From: Campylobacterota bacterium
GTDB lineage: Bacteria; Campylobacterota; Campylobacteria; Campylobacterales; Sulfurimonadaceae
Direction of reading: 5' to 3'
NCBI GenBank assembly: GCA_034717975.1
Contig: JAYEMF010000106.1
Location: 35,908-75,523 of the forward strand
Length of the DNA stretch: 39,616 nt
Position numbers and translations under genes: made by a program. Positions within the stretch are counted from its first letter, which is position 1. Each line of letters begins with the position of its first letter. The notes under the pieces were generated by a model. It did not search any database. It was given only the letters and a program-made list of their open reading frames with translations, and had not been told where the DNA came from. This document shows positions 1-9,851 of this stretch, piece after piece.

Positions 1-45
1 TAAATACATACTTAGTGTTTGCAGTATGCATTAAAAGGGCATGTA

Positions 46-1224
46 TTGGACTTAAAAGAAGATTTAAATAACATAGACTGGACAAATATATGGTGGTGGG
101 ATGAGTTAAAAAACAACATAAATTCAATCGACAAAATAAAAGAGTATGTAGACCTTGAACAAGAGGAAGAGGTGAAGTTGCGGGATGTTGTGGATAAACA
201 TCCAATGAATATCCCTCGATATTATTTCAGTCTGATTGACCAAAACAATCCAAACGACCCCATTAAAAAATTGGCTTATCCAAGTGAAGATGAACTCGTC
301 ATATCAGGTTCTATGGGTGAAACGACACAAGACCCTTACGGCGATGACAAGCATAACAAAGGCAATGGGATTCTGCATAAATATCCGTATTCGGCACTCA
401 TTGTTGCTACGGATTACTGTTCCATGTATTGCCGTCACTGTTTTAGAAAAGCGATTGTCGGTCTACCAAATGATAAAACGGTTGAAAACTTTCAAAATGC
501 CTTGAAGTATATCAGGGAGCACAAAGAGATTACCAATGTCATCATTTCCGGTGGCGATCCGATGTTGATCGATACACCAAAACTGAAAAAGATGCTTGAT
601 GGACTTAAAGAGATTGACCATATCAATTATGTCCGTATAGGCACCAGGACGCCTGTCGTTTACCCTATGCGTTTCTTTGATGATGAACTGATGGAATATC
701 TCAAAGAGTTCAATAAAGTAAAAACACTTTATATGCCAACACATTTCAATCATATCAATGAAATCACGCCAACAGCCACCGAAGCTATTTTACGCATTCG
801 TGAAGCGGGTATTACTGTCAATAACCAGGCAGTATTGCTTAAAGGCGTCAATGATTCGGTAGAAGAGATTGAAAATCTCATGAACGGTCTTGTCAGAATC
901 GGTGTCAATCCCTATTATCTCTATCAGTGTATGCCAGTCAGCAGGGTAAGAAACCATTTTCAATTACCGTTAAAAGAAGGTGTCGATCTTGTAGACAAAG
1001 CCAAGGAAAAACTTGATGGTTACGCCAAGCGGTTCAAGTTTATTATAGGGCATGATATTGGAAAAATCGAGATTATAGGTCGAACCGATGAGGCACTTAT
1101 TTTAAAACATATCCATTCAAGGCCAGAGAAGCCTCATGATGCCAGTAAAATGCTGTTTATGAAGCTTGATGATAAGGCAGGATGGTTGGATAACATGGAA
1201 GAGGTAGCACTAAAACCCTCTTAA
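46..1224 (+). CDS. KamA-family radical SAM protein (lysine 2,3-aminomutase-like)
   Basis: CxxxCxxC motif (YCSMYCRHCFRK), HKYP, ISGGDP, RIGTRTPV, THFNH, NQAVLLKGVND and PYYLYQC are typical of the KamA family. Start placed at TTG 46 behind AAAGGG; the ORF is open from 19. Confidence 0.85.
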   Translation: MDLKEDLNNIDWTNIWWWDELKNNINSIDKIKEYVDLEQEEEVKLRDVVDKHPMNIPRYYFSLIDQNNPNDPIKKLAYPSEDELVISGSMGETTQDPYGDDKHNKGNGILHKYPYSALIVATDYCSMYCRHCFRKAIVGLPNDKTVENFQNALKYIREHKEITNVIISGGDPMLIDTPKLKKMLDGLKEIDHINYVRIGTRTPVVYPMRFFDDELMEYLKEFNKVKTLYMPTHFNHINEITPTATEAILRIREAGITVNNQAVLLKGVNDSVEEIENLMNGLVRIGVNPYYLYQCMPVSRVRNHFQLPLKEGVDLVDKAKEKLDGYAKRFKFIIGHDIGKIEIIGRTDEALILKHIHSRPEKPHDASKMLFMKLDDKAGWLDNMEEVALKPS

Positions 1225-1274
1225 TAACTCAAAAAATATTCTATAATTGCATAGAACTTATTTAAGGTCGAAAC

Positions 1275-1613
1275 GTGGCATTATTAAACAATGAAAAAGA
1301 TATCCTGCCTTTAAGCAGTATTGCCGAACTGTTAAGTGCTAAAGTACGCACGCTGAAAATGTATGAAGACAAAGGCTTCTTCCCGCCAAAAGAGTCTTCA
1401 AAAAAAATGTACTCTATTAACGATGTCAAGCTTATTGCATTTGTACATTATCTGGCCAGTGTTAAAAAAATCAATGCGAATGGAATAAAATATATCCTTG
1501 AAATGCTTGAAAAGAATATGGACGAAAAAAACAGAGAAGAGTTTTTGAATATTGTTGAAGAAAAACTTGAAACAATTTCGGGTAAAGACATCAAGGATGT
1601 TGAAGAGTTATAA
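1275..1613 (+). CDS. MerR-family (HspR-like) transcriptional regulator
   Basis: N-terminal MerR HTH pattern LSSIAELL...RTLKMYEDKGFF...KMYSINDV, plus INANGIKYILEM resembling HspR; GTG start behind AAGG. Confidence 0.75.
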   Translation: MALLNNEKDILPLSSIAELLSAKVRTLKMYEDKGFFPPKESSKKMYSINDVKLIAFVHYLASVKKINANGIKYILEMLEKNMDEKNREEFLNIVEEKLETISGKDIKDVEEL

Positions 1614-1749
1614 CTCTAAGCCTCTTTCCTTTTTTCCGAAATAAAAAAGAAAGAAAATCGTTGATAGACATGCTCTGCAACAAAAGTAAAGTTACTCAAA
1701 ATCAAAAGCGGTCTATCAACTGTCTAAAGAACCAAAAGCAAGGTCAGAG

Positions 1750-1755
1750 TATAAT
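1750..1755 (+). promoter_or_regulatory. Putative sigma70 -10 box for mqnA
   Basis: Perfect TATAAT about 30 nt upstream of the GGAGG-preceded ATG at 1785. Confidence 0.5.
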
Positions 1756-1784
1756 TCGCTTACTAAAAAAATATGGAGGCGGCA

Positions 1785-2435
1785 ATGGTTTTTGGCAAGA
1801 TCGAGTACTTAAACCTTCTGCCCTACCATGTCTTCATGAAACGTTATGCCAAAACAACCCGTCACCATATGAGCATGCACTATAAAAAAGGGGTTCCCTC
1901 CAAGATCAACCGTGATTTTGCCGCACGACGGATCGATGCCGCTTTTATCTCCAGTATTACAGCTAAACGTTCACGCTCTGTCCCATTGGGGATTGTGGCA
2001 CGCAAAGAGGTTCTTAGTGTTCTGCTGATCCCCGGTGATACCCCCGTAGCGGATTCGGCATCAGCAACCTCCAATGTCCTTGCCAATATCTTGGGGCTTA
2101 AAGGTGAGGTTGTGATTGGGGACAATGCCCTTCGTCTTTATCTGCAGGGCAGTGATGCGATCGATCTGGCCGGTCGCTGGCATGAACAGTTCGGTCTGCC
2201 TTTCGTCTTTGCACTCCTTTGCTATCACAATCATGAGCGGGCGATGCACACACTGGCCAAAAACTTTTTACATAAAAAACAGAAAATTCCGCACTATCTT
2301 CTTCAGCGTGCATCCGAACGGACAGGTGTCGCACCCAAAGATATTTTGCACTATCTGGAGTATATCTCTTATGAGATCGATGAAAAGGCAAGAAAAGGGC
2401 TGAAAAAGTTCTGGCGGCTGGCCGACGCACGGTAG
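1785..2435 (+). CDS. mqnA: Chorismate dehydratase MqnA (futalosine menaquinone pathway)
   Basis: MVFGKIEYLNLLP, GVPSKIN, DAAFISSI, SATSN, IGDNAL and GLPFVFA match the MqnA/MqnD SBP-like family as found in Campylobacterota; RBS GGAGG before ATG 1785. Confidence 0.85.
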   Translation: MVFGKIEYLNLLPYHVFMKRYAKTTRHHMSMHYKKGVPSKINRDFAARRIDAAFISSITAKRSRSVPLGIVARKEVLSVLLIPGDTPVADSASATSNVLANILGLKGEVVIGDNALRLYLQGSDAIDLAGRWHEQFGLPFVFALLCYHNHERAMHTLAKNFLHKKQKIPHYLLQRASERTGVAPKDILHYLEYISYEIDEKARKGLKKFWRLADAR

Positions 2436-2446
2436 GTCCGCCCGTT

Positions 2447-2869
2447 TTATAAAAGCTCTCTCAGTGCTTCAACTTTTTCCGGAAATGCTTTCAGCAGTAC
2501 CTGTATGCCTACAATATCGAAGACATCGACCTTTTCAAGCAGTGCCGCGGCATAGCTGTGGAGCATATCGATTTTGTACTCTCTGGCGATCAGCTCGATA
2601 TCGTTGGCAAACCTTTTGATATCCGTGAAGTTGTTGTTTTTGAGAGCCAGTTTCCATAGCTCCGTGACAGTGCCGTCGAGTGCCTCCAAAATCTGAGGCA
2701 GCTTTTTCAAAGCCGCTTCGGAGAGTTCAGGGCTCTTCTCCTTACTCTCGGTTATCTCTACTGTTTTATGCGGCAGAAAGAGGCTCAGCTCTTTAAAGAG
2801 GTCACTGCGCAGGACAGGTTTTCGCAGATACCCCTCAAAGTTTTCGCTTTTTATGCGTTCATGTTCATC
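2447..2869 (-). pseudogene. 5'-truncated C-terminal remnant of a hybrid sensor kinase/response regulator (end of receiver domain plus Hpt-like helical tail)
   Basis: Extending the 2447-2710 frame upstream gives DEHERIKSENFEGYLRKPVLRSDLFKELSLFLPH (receiver-domain GYLxKPV motif). There is no ATG/GTG or RBS before an in-frame stop at 2888-2890. Confidence 0.65.
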
Positions 2870-3024
2870 ACAAGGTGAGTATCTGTTTTAATTAATGTTA
2901 TTGATCTGGCGGCTGGATGAGGATGTTATACTTTTTTTGTAGCAAATCAGATATCTGCAAAGCTATTTTTAAATAAAATATTCTGATATAATAGTTTTAC
3001 TTTTGATCTGTTGAAAGGCCTATA

Positions 3025-4749
3025 ATGCTATGGCGTTTTCTATTTCTTGTCTGTTTCACTACTCTATCTCTTTTTGCTGTTGAGACGGTCAGGGTCGGTG
3101 TGCTGGCCAAGCGTGGCAGTGCCATTACGGTGGAGAAGTGGTCGGCTACGGCGGAGTATCTCAGCCGTGAAGTAGATGGGTACCGGTTCGAAATCGTACC
3201 GCTCGGATTTGAAGCACTTTACGAAAGTGTTGAGCGCAACGAGATCGATTTTGTACTGACCAACACTGCCTACTATGTAGAACTCGAGTACCTCTACGGC
3301 GTCAGCCGGATCGCTACGCTGAAAAATATCAGCAGCCAGGGCGATGTACTGACCAGTTTTGGCGGCGTGATCTTTACGAAAAAAGATAGCGGTATCAAAA
3401 CACTCGATGACCTCAAAGGCAAACGTTTCGGTGCTGTCAATATCAGCTCCTTCGGTGGCTGGATCATGGCAGAGAAAGAGTTGCATAATAAGGGCATCGA
3501 TATCGATGATTTTTCCGAATTTCGATTTTTTGGCAGCCATGACAGCGTGGTGCTGGCCGTGAAAGAGGGAGAGATCGATGCAGGAACCGTCCGCACCGAT
3601 ACCATAGAGCGAATGGCCAATGAGGGGATCATTGATTCGAAGGTCTGCAATGTTTTAGCTCCGAAACAGTATGCCGGGTTCCCCTTTAAGGTCAGTACGG
3701 CACTCTATCCGGAGTGGCCCTTTGCCAAGCTCCCTTTGACCCCGGATGAACTTGCTGACAAGGTGCTGATCGCCCTGCTGCAGATGCCTTCAGACTCCAA
3801 AGCGGCGGAGAGTGCCCATGTTGCCGGCTGGACCATCCCTCTTGACTACTCCAAGGTACATCTTCTGCTTCAAGAGCTGCATCTTGGCCCCTATGCCGAG
3901 CTGAAAAAGCTCACTTTTTCGCATATTTATAAGAAGTATATGTGGTGGTTCTATGGGGTATTGGCAGGGTTTTTGGCTGTTATCACCGTATTGCTCTATA
4001 TCTCCAGGCTCAATGCTCAACTCAGAGAGAAAAAAGAGCAGATCGAGGCGATGAATGCGGGACTGGAGCAAAAAGTGCATGAGAAAGAGGAGGTGATGAT
4101 CGCGCACCAGTGGCGCCAGCCTATTACGGTGATTGCCATGGGGGCCAACAACCTGCTGGCCGATGTCGAACTCGATGATGTGGAATCGGAGAGTGTCAAG
4201 CATAGTGCGACGATGATGCTGGAACAGACCCACCACCTCTCCAAGACGATCGACGATTTCAAAAACTTCTTCAGACCGAACAAAAAAGCGGAGATGATAC
4301 TGGTCAATGATATCCTCGAAGAGAACTTTTCCATTGTCGGCAAGAGTCTGGAAAACCACAATATCGCGGTAGAAAAAGAGTATGGCAGCCAGACACCGAT
4401 CGCCATCTACTCCAGGGAGCTGCTGCAGGTCTTCATCAATATCCTCAAAAATGCGCAAGAGGCGTTGATAGAGAACGAGGTCAATGAACCGCTGATCTCG
4501 GTTACTACCCGTGAAGATGAAGCGCATGTTCATATATCGATCTGCGATAACGGCAAAGGGATCGACCCCTCGATACTTGCCAAAATATATGACCCCTACT
4601 TTTCGACAAAAGTTGAGAAAAATGGTACCGGACTGGGACTCTATATGAGTAAAACCATCATAGAAAAACACCTCAACGGCCAGATCAAAGCAGAGAACCG
4701 TAAAGAGGGGGGAGTGTGCTTCACCGTATCACTTCCGAAAGAGGGGTAG
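3025..4749 (+). CDS. Sensor histidine kinase with periplasmic PhnD/phosphonate-binding-type domain (TtrS-like)
   Basis: Signal/TM N-terminus, GVLAKRG...DFVLTN...DAGTVRTD...YPEWP sensor motifs, TM helix, H-box HQWRQP, N-box NILKNA, G-boxes DNGKGI and GTGLGL. Confidence 0.85.
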   Translation: MLWRFLFLVCFTTLSLFAVETVRVGVLAKRGSAITVEKWSATAEYLSREVDGYRFEIVPLGFEALYESVERNEIDFVLTNTAYYVELEYLYGVSRIATLKNISSQGDVLTSFGGVIFTKKDSGIKTLDDLKGKRFGAVNISSFGGWIMAEKELHNKGIDIDDFSEFRFFGSHDSVVLAVKEGEIDAGTVRTDTIERMANEGIIDSKVCNVLAPKQYAGFPFKVSTALYPEWPFAKLPLTPDELADKVLIALLQMPSDSKAAESAHVAGWTIPLDYSKVHLLLQELHLGPYAELKKLTFSHIYKKYMWWFYGVLAGFLAVITVLLYISRLNAQLREKKEQIEAMNAGLEQKVHEKEEVMIAHQWRQPITVIAMGANNLLADVELDDVESESVKHSATMMLEQTHHLSKTIDDFKNFFRPNKKAEMILVNDILEENFSIVGKSLENHNIAVEKEYGSQTPIAIYSRELLQVFINILKNAQEALIENEVNEPLISVTTREDEAHVHISICDNGKGIDPSILAKIYDPYFSTKVEKNGTGLGLYMSKTIIEKHLNGQIKAENRKEGGVCFTVSLPKEG

Positions 4750-4824
4750 GTCATGAGTAAGTTTAAAAGGTTGAACCGCTAAGTTGTAATTTTATTGTCC
4801 TTTGTGATATTTTCATGATTCTAG

Positions 4825-4833
4825 TGCTATAAT
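4825..4833 (+). promoter_or_regulatory. Extended -10 promoter (TGnTATAAT) of the ech operon
   Basis: TGCTATAAT 20 nt upstream of ATG 4853, with RBS GAGGAG in between. Confidence 0.6.
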
Positions 4834-4852
4834 CTTGTATAGAGGAGCTGTT

Positions 4853-6622
4853 ATGGAATTGGTTTCGGTGCTTGTTTTTCTTCCGGTTGTCGCTGCACTG
4901 TTAATGCTGGTAAGCCGTGCGGAACAGTTACAGTATCTGGTCGTGACGGTAACGGTACTGATCTTGTCGTTGCTCTGCGTTTATCTTCTTTTTATTCCAT
5001 TACAGCCTGTCACTTTTTCCTTTTCCCATACGCTTGAAACATTTTTGATCATTGCTGACGTAGCGTTGCTGCTCTTTTTCGTTCAGCAGGGGTTTCGCTT
5101 CAAAGCGAACATGGTGGTGGGACTGGCACTTCTTCAACTGCTGCTCTATGGCCTGGCTGAAGCAAGCCTTGGCGACTACAGCGGTGCTGCAATGATTGTA
5201 GACCGGCTTTCGATCCTGATGTTTCTGATTATCAATATTGTCGGCGGTATTATTGTCTTTTACGCCTTGCGCTACATGGCGGATGAAGCGATGAACGCCT
5301 TCAGAAAACGTCTTTTTACCGCCTATCTGCTGCTCTTTCTCTCGGTGATGAATATGATTGTCATGGCAAATTCGCTGCTGCTCTTCTTCTTCCTCTTCGA
5401 GATGACGACACTGGCATCCTATCTTCTGATCGGATTCAGAAAGGATGAACTGAGTCAAAACAATGCCCTCAAAGCACTCTGGATGAATCAGGTCGGCGGT
5501 GTGGTGATACTGCTGGGGACGATTATCGCCATCACACAGTTTGATACGGTCTATTTTGATACGTTGCTGGCTTCTTCGGGCGGGTACCTGCTCTTGGGGC
5601 TGGCGCTACTCAGTATGGCGGCGCTGGTCAAGGGGGCTTCCCTGCCGTTTGACAGCTGGCTTCTGGGTGCCATGGTCGCGCCGACACCGGTGAGTGCGAT
5701 CTTGCACTCGGCGACGATGGTAAAGATCGCCCCCTACCTGATCTTGAAACTGGCCCCGGCTCTTGGCGGGACACTTCTGGGCGGAGTGCTGGCTCTCGGC
5801 GGAGCATTGGGCTTTGTTGCCGCTTCCTACCTGGCACTTTCGCGTTCGGTGTTTAAAGAGATACTTGGTTACTCGACCATTGCGCTTCTGGGCTTGATGA
5901 TGAGTCTTGCAGCGATCGGCACGGAAGAGAGCATGATGCTGGCAATGGCACTGATCTTCTTTCATGCCTTCTCCAAAGCGCTGCTCTTCCTCAGTGCCGG
6001 GGTGCTGGAGAAGAGTTTTCATCTCAAAAACATTGAGGTGATGAAGGGGCTGGCCCATATCGCACCGCGTAGTGTCGGTTACATCATGTTCGGGTTTATC
6101 TCACTGACCCTGCCGCCCTTTGGTCTCTTTATGGGCAAGCTGTTCGCCATTGAGTCAGTAGCGGCTCTGATGAACGAGCGGCCGTGGCTGGTCGTTGTCC
6201 TGCTGGCTATTATCGTAGGCAGTGCCTTGCTGGTACTGCTCTACTTCAAAGTGGCTTCGGCTCTGCTTTCCAAACCTTCAGATATCGTTCCCTCCGAGAA
6301 GGAGCAGATACCGTTTGGCTTCGCTCTGCCGCTGATGCTCTTAACGCTTGTCGGTATCGTAACGACGGTCGGATTTATCCTCATTCAAAATGATGCCTAT
6401 CTGACCCTCTTTGCCGTACCGCTTCTTTTTGTCGCTCTCTTGCCGTGGATCGCCAGAACGATGGAGCGGTTTGACCGTGTCAAGGTCTACCATTGCGGTG
6501 AGAAAGAGGGGTTTGATGCGGCGCTCTTTTACTTTGAGCCTTCACCAAAAACGGCGCAGGTCATCTACTGGGGCTTTACGCTCATCTTTGGTGCGGTAGC
6601 GCTTGCAGGAGTGCTGTCATGA
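4853..6622 (+). CDS. echA: Ech-type hydrogenase antiporter-like membrane subunit (NuoL/MrpA family)
   Basis: Highly hydrophobic; FFFLFEMTTLASYLLIG, WLLGAMVAPTPVSAILHSATMVK and HAFSKALLFL motifs; first gene of a six-gene operon. Confidence 0.85.
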   Translation: MELVSVLVFLPVVAALLMLVSRAEQLQYLVVTVTVLILSLLCVYLLFIPLQPVTFSFSHTLETFLIIADVALLLFFVQQGFRFKANMVVGLALLQLLLYGLAEASLGDYSGAAMIVDRLSILMFLIINIVGGIIVFYALRYMADEAMNAFRKRLFTAYLLLFLSVMNMIVMANSLLLFFFLFEMTTLASYLLIGFRKDELSQNNALKALWMNQVGGVVILLGTIIAITQFDTVYFDTLLASSGGYLLLGLALLSMAALVKGASLPFDSWLLGAMVAPTPVSAILHSATMVKIAPYLILKLAPALGGTLLGGVLALGGALGFVAASYLALSRSVFKEILGYSTIALLGLMMSLAAIGTEESMMLAMALIFFHAFSKALLFLSAGVLEKSFHLKNIEVMKGLAHIAPRSVGYIMFGFISLTLPPFGLFMGKLFAIESVAALMNERPWLVVVLLAIIVGSALLVLLYFKVASALLSKPSDIVPSEKEQIPFGFALPLMLLTLVGIVTTVGFILIQNDAYLTLFAVPLLFVALLPWIARTMERFDRVKVYHCGEKEGFDAALFYFEPSPKTAQVIYWGFTLIFGAVALAGVLS

Positions 6623-7437
6623 CCTGGTTATGGATTGTGCTGGCCCCGTTGCTCGGCGGTCTGGTCTATGGGGGTGAACGGGTGCTTCGGGCACGGATGC
6701 AGCGCCGTCAGGGTCCGCCGATTCTGCAGCCCTTTTACGATATGTTCAAACTGATGGACAAACGGACTATCATCATCCACTCTACCCACGCCTTGCTGGC
6801 GGTGGCACACTTTTTCCTGCTCTGGTTCAGTGTCGCAGCGATCTTTCTGGGCTGGAACCTGCTCTACATCATATTTCTGCACCTCTTTGCACTTATCGTC
6901 CTGGTAGCGGCGGGGTACAGTGTACGTTCGGTCTACTCCCACATAGGGGCCAACCGTGAACTGCTGGCTCTGGTGGCGTATGAACCGGTGCTGATCCTGG
7001 TCGCTGTCGGCTTTTACCTGAGTGGGGGAAGTTTTGATATCGGTACGATTCTTGAACAGGAGAGTTATCTGCTGCAGATGCCGCTGCTCTTTATAGCTCT
7101 GTTGATCATCGTTCCGATCAAGGTGAAAAAGTCCCCTTTTGATGTCGTCGAAGCGCATCAGGAGATCGTCGGGGGTGTCGAGGTGGAGTACAGCGGCCTC
7201 TTTTACGAGTTTTTGTATATGGCCCGCTTTCTGGAGTATATTTTTATCTACAGCTTCATCTTTCTCTTCGGCGGGAGTTCGGTCTGGGTCGGGATCGCGT
7301 TGGTGACAGGCACCTTTTTCCTGATCAATCTTGTCGATAACGCGACAGCCCGTGTACGTACGGCAGATATGATCAAGATCGTCTATACGGTAGCGATAAC
7401 ACTGGCGGTAGCCAATATTTTATGGATTGTCCTATGA
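6619..7437 (+). CDS. echB: Ech hydrogenase membrane subunit (NuoH family)
   Basis: ERVLRARMQRRQGPPILQPFYDMFKL and PFDVVEAHQEIVGGVEVEYSG are NuoH/EchB motifs; ATGA overlap with echA. Confidence 0.85.
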   Translation: MTWLWIVLAPLLGGLVYGGERVLRARMQRRQGPPILQPFYDMFKLMDKRTIIIHSTHALLAVAHFFLLWFSVAAIFLGWNLLYIIFLHLFALIVLVAAGYSVRSVYSHIGANRELLALVAYEPVLILVAVGFYLSGGSFDIGTILEQESYLLQMPLLFIALLIIVPIKVKKSPFDVVEAHQEIVGGVEVEYSGLFYEFLYMARFLEYIFIYSFIFLFGGSSVWVGIALVTGTFFLINLVDNATARVRTADMIKIVYTVAITLAVANILWIVL

Positions 7438-7961
7438 AGTTCTTTACCCCCTTTCGTAAAAAGTCACCTTGGATCCTGCACTACAACGCCGGAAGCTGCA
7501 ACGGCTGTGATATCGAGATACTTGCGGCACTGGCACCAAAATATGACCTGGAGCGTTTCGGTGTCATCAACACCGGAAATCCGAAACAGTCCGATATCTT
7601 TTTGGTCACCGGTCCGGTCACCTACCGTTCACGCGAGCGGCTGGTTGAACTTTACACACAGATACCGGAACCAAAAGTGGTGATAGCCGTAGGTGCCTGC
7701 ACGGCAACAGGCGGGATGTTCCGCGATATGTATAACGTCGAGGACGGGATTGACCAGTACATCCCGGTCGATGTCTATGTCCCGGGGTGTGCCACGACTC
7801 CGCAGCTCATCATCGACGGGGTGGTCAAGGCTCTGGCAATTCTGGAAGCGAAAACCAAAGAGATCGAGAAGCCATTCAAACTTTTCGGGGCGATCGAGAC
7901 GGTAGCAAATAAAATCAGCCGCCATAAGATGGCGACAAAGGTGGATCATGAGAAAGATTGA
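7434..7961 (+). CDS. echC: Ech hydrogenase small [4Fe-4S] subunit (NuoB family)
   Basis: KSPW, SCNGCDIE, VTGPVT, VGAC and VDVYVPGC; ATGA overlap with echB at 7434. Confidence 0.88.
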   Translation: MKFFTPFRKKSPWILHYNAGSCNGCDIEILAALAPKYDLERFGVINTGNPKQSDIFLVTGPVTYRSRERLVELYTQIPEPKVVIAVGACTATGGMFRDMYNVEDGIDQYIPVDVYVPGCATTPQLIIDGVVKALAILEAKTKEIEKPFKLFGAIETVANKISRHKMATKVDHEKD

Positions 7962-8292
7962 GACGACCTATTTAACACTGCTGGATGATTTGATGGCATT
8001 TTATAAGCCGGAGATCTGGCATTTTTTAACGCTTAACGGCATTGATCTGGGTGAAGGGAAGATCGAACTGCAGTGGATCTTTTCAAAGTATGGCGCAAAA
8101 GATGAGACGGTTGTCTACTATGCCAGCAGCGATTATGAGACGCCGGCCCCTTCCATCGTCTCGCTTATCCCATCGGCGATCATGGGAGAGCGAGAGGTGG
8201 TCGATATGTTTGGTGTGACCATCGACGGAGCGGAAAAAGGGCTCTATCTCGATGGCGACTCGCTCTCGATGCCGCTACGGTGTTCATTATGA
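7948..8292 (+). CDS. echD: Ech hydrogenase subunit D (NuoC-like)
   Basis: PSIVSLIPSAIMGEREVVDMFGV NuoC-like motif; 114 aa; position in the operon. Confidence 0.8.
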   Translation: MRKIETTYLTLLDDLMAFYKPEIWHFLTLNGIDLGEGKIELQWIFSKYGAKDETVVYYASSDYETPAPSIVSLIPSAIMGEREVVDMFGVTIDGAEKGLYLDGDSLSMPLRCSL

Positions 8293-9374
8293 AGAAGGTA
8301 GTCAATATCCCTCTGGGTTCCCAGCATATCTCACTGCTTGAGCCGATCCGCTTTCAGTTTACAACGGAAAACGAGAAGATCGTCGAGGTGGGTGCCGATG
8401 TCGGCTTTGTCCATCGCGGGATCGAGAAAGCGTGTACCGAACAGTTCGAGTGGAAAAAGGTACCTTATGTCGTGGCCCGTGTCTGCGGTCTCTGCGCCAT
8501 CACCCATTCGCTCTCCTATGTGTTGGCGGTGGAGAAACTGCTGGGTTTTGAGGCCAATGAACGCATCAAATACCTGCGGATGCTGATGGTCGAGCTTGAC
8601 CGCATCCATTCGCATCTGCTCTGTCTCGCCCATGTAAGCGAAAATGCCGGATTCGAAGCGATGTTCATGCAGATCATGGCAGACCGTGAACTGGTGATGG
8701 ATATCCAGGAGGCGATCAGCGGCAACCGGGTGCAGTTTGACTACATCGCCATCGGCGGTGTCAACCGTGACATCACCTCTGAACTGGCGCAGCTGGTACA
8801 CAGAAATCTTGATCTGCTTAAACCGAAGATCGATGACCTGATGGAGCGTTTCAGCAACAACTGGTCACTCTCTCTGAAATATAAAGGTATCGGAGCGCTT
8901 ACGTACGAAGAGGCGTATACCTATAATACGCTTGGGCCGTTGGCCCGTGCTGCCGGACTGAAAACCGATGTCCGTGTAGAGAGCTCGGATTTTCCCTATG
9001 AAGCGGTAGGGTATGAGATGATGGTGGAGAGCAGCGGAGATATCTATGCCAGAAACATTGTCCGCATCAGGGAGATCTTCAACAGTATTGCGATGTGCAA
9101 GAACATTGTCGACAACCTCCCGACAGGCGAGATCATCGAGAAGGTCAAAGGCAAACCCGATGGCGAGGCCGTCGCCCGGGTGGAAGCACCTCGCGGCGAA
9201 CTCATGTATCTGGTCAAGGGGAGCAAGAAAAATTTTCTGGACAGGGTGCGTATCAAAACGCCTACATTTTCTGCCATCCCGGCGATGGTCGAGGTGTTCA
9301 AGGGAAGCGAGTATGCCGATGCGCCGGCGATCCTGGCTTCGTTTGACCCCTGTATGTCCTGTACGGCTAAATAA
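8289..9374 (+). CDS. echE: Ech [NiFe]-hydrogenase large subunit (group 4)
   Basis: Both Ni-binding motifs are intact (RVCGLC and DPCMSC); HRGIEK, EAPRGE; no C-terminal extension; ATGA overlap at 8289. Confidence 0.9.
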   Translation: MKKVVNIPLGSQHISLLEPIRFQFTTENEKIVEVGADVGFVHRGIEKACTEQFEWKKVPYVVARVCGLCAITHSLSYVLAVEKLLGFEANERIKYLRMLMVELDRIHSHLLCLAHVSENAGFEAMFMQIMADRELVMDIQEAISGNRVQFDYIAIGGVNRDITSELAQLVHRNLDLLKPKIDDLMERFSNNWSLSLKYKGIGALTYEEAYTYNTLGPLARAAGLKTDVRVESSDFPYEAVGYEMMVESSGDIYARNIVRIREIFNSIAMCKNIVDNLPTGEIIEKVKGKPDGEAVARVEAPRGELMYLVKGSKKNFLDRVRIKTPTFSAIPAMVEVFKGSEYADAPAILASFDPCMSCTAK

Positions 9375-9392
9375 GATCAATGGAGGTACATA

Positions 9393-9851
9393 GTGTTTAA
9401 AGCAGTTATTCAAGCCTTTACCAACCTTTTTAAACCGCCTCATACGGTCAAATACCCTTTTGAAGAGGATGTCGTCCTGCCAAAAGATTACAGAGGCCTC
9501 ATAGAGTACAATGAAGAGGAGTGTATCTTCTGCGACAAGTGTGAAAAGGCCTGTCCGCCTAAGTCCATTGTCTTTTATCAGCATGAAGACGGCTCGAAAG
9601 AGTACAAGTACAACCCCTATCTCTGCATCTACTGCGGGGAGTGCATAAGAGCCTGTCCAAAGGCCGAAGAAGCACTGTGGCAGAGTGAGAAAAAACAGCT
9701 CAGTGCGACCAAAGAGGATGATGTCAACAACCAGTGGTTTGTCTGGCAGCGCGAAGCGGCTGCAAGCCGTGAAGCCTATGCAGCAGCTAAAAAAGCTGCT
9801 AAAGAGAAGAAAAATGCTTCTAAAGGTGATGAAGGGGAGGCAAGTGTTTAA
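9393..9851 (+). CDS. echF: Ech hydrogenase 2x[4Fe-4S] subunit (NuoI family)
   Basis: TVKYP, YRG, CIFCDKCEKACP and CIYCGECIRACP; GTG start with GGAGG RBS. Confidence 0.88.
   Translation: MFKAVIQAFTNLFKPPHTVKYPFEEDVVLPKDYRGLIEYNEEECIFCDKCEKACPPKSIVFYQHEDGSKEYKYNPYLCIYCGECIRACPKAEEALWQSEKKQLSATKEDDVNNQWFVWQREAAASREAYAAAKKAAKEKKNASKGDEGEASV

Noticed and set aside
4853..9851. NADH dehydrogenase (nuo) or Ni-free Ehr complex
   Set aside because: The large subunit retains both CxxC Ni-binding motifs, and the six-gene order matches echABCDEF.
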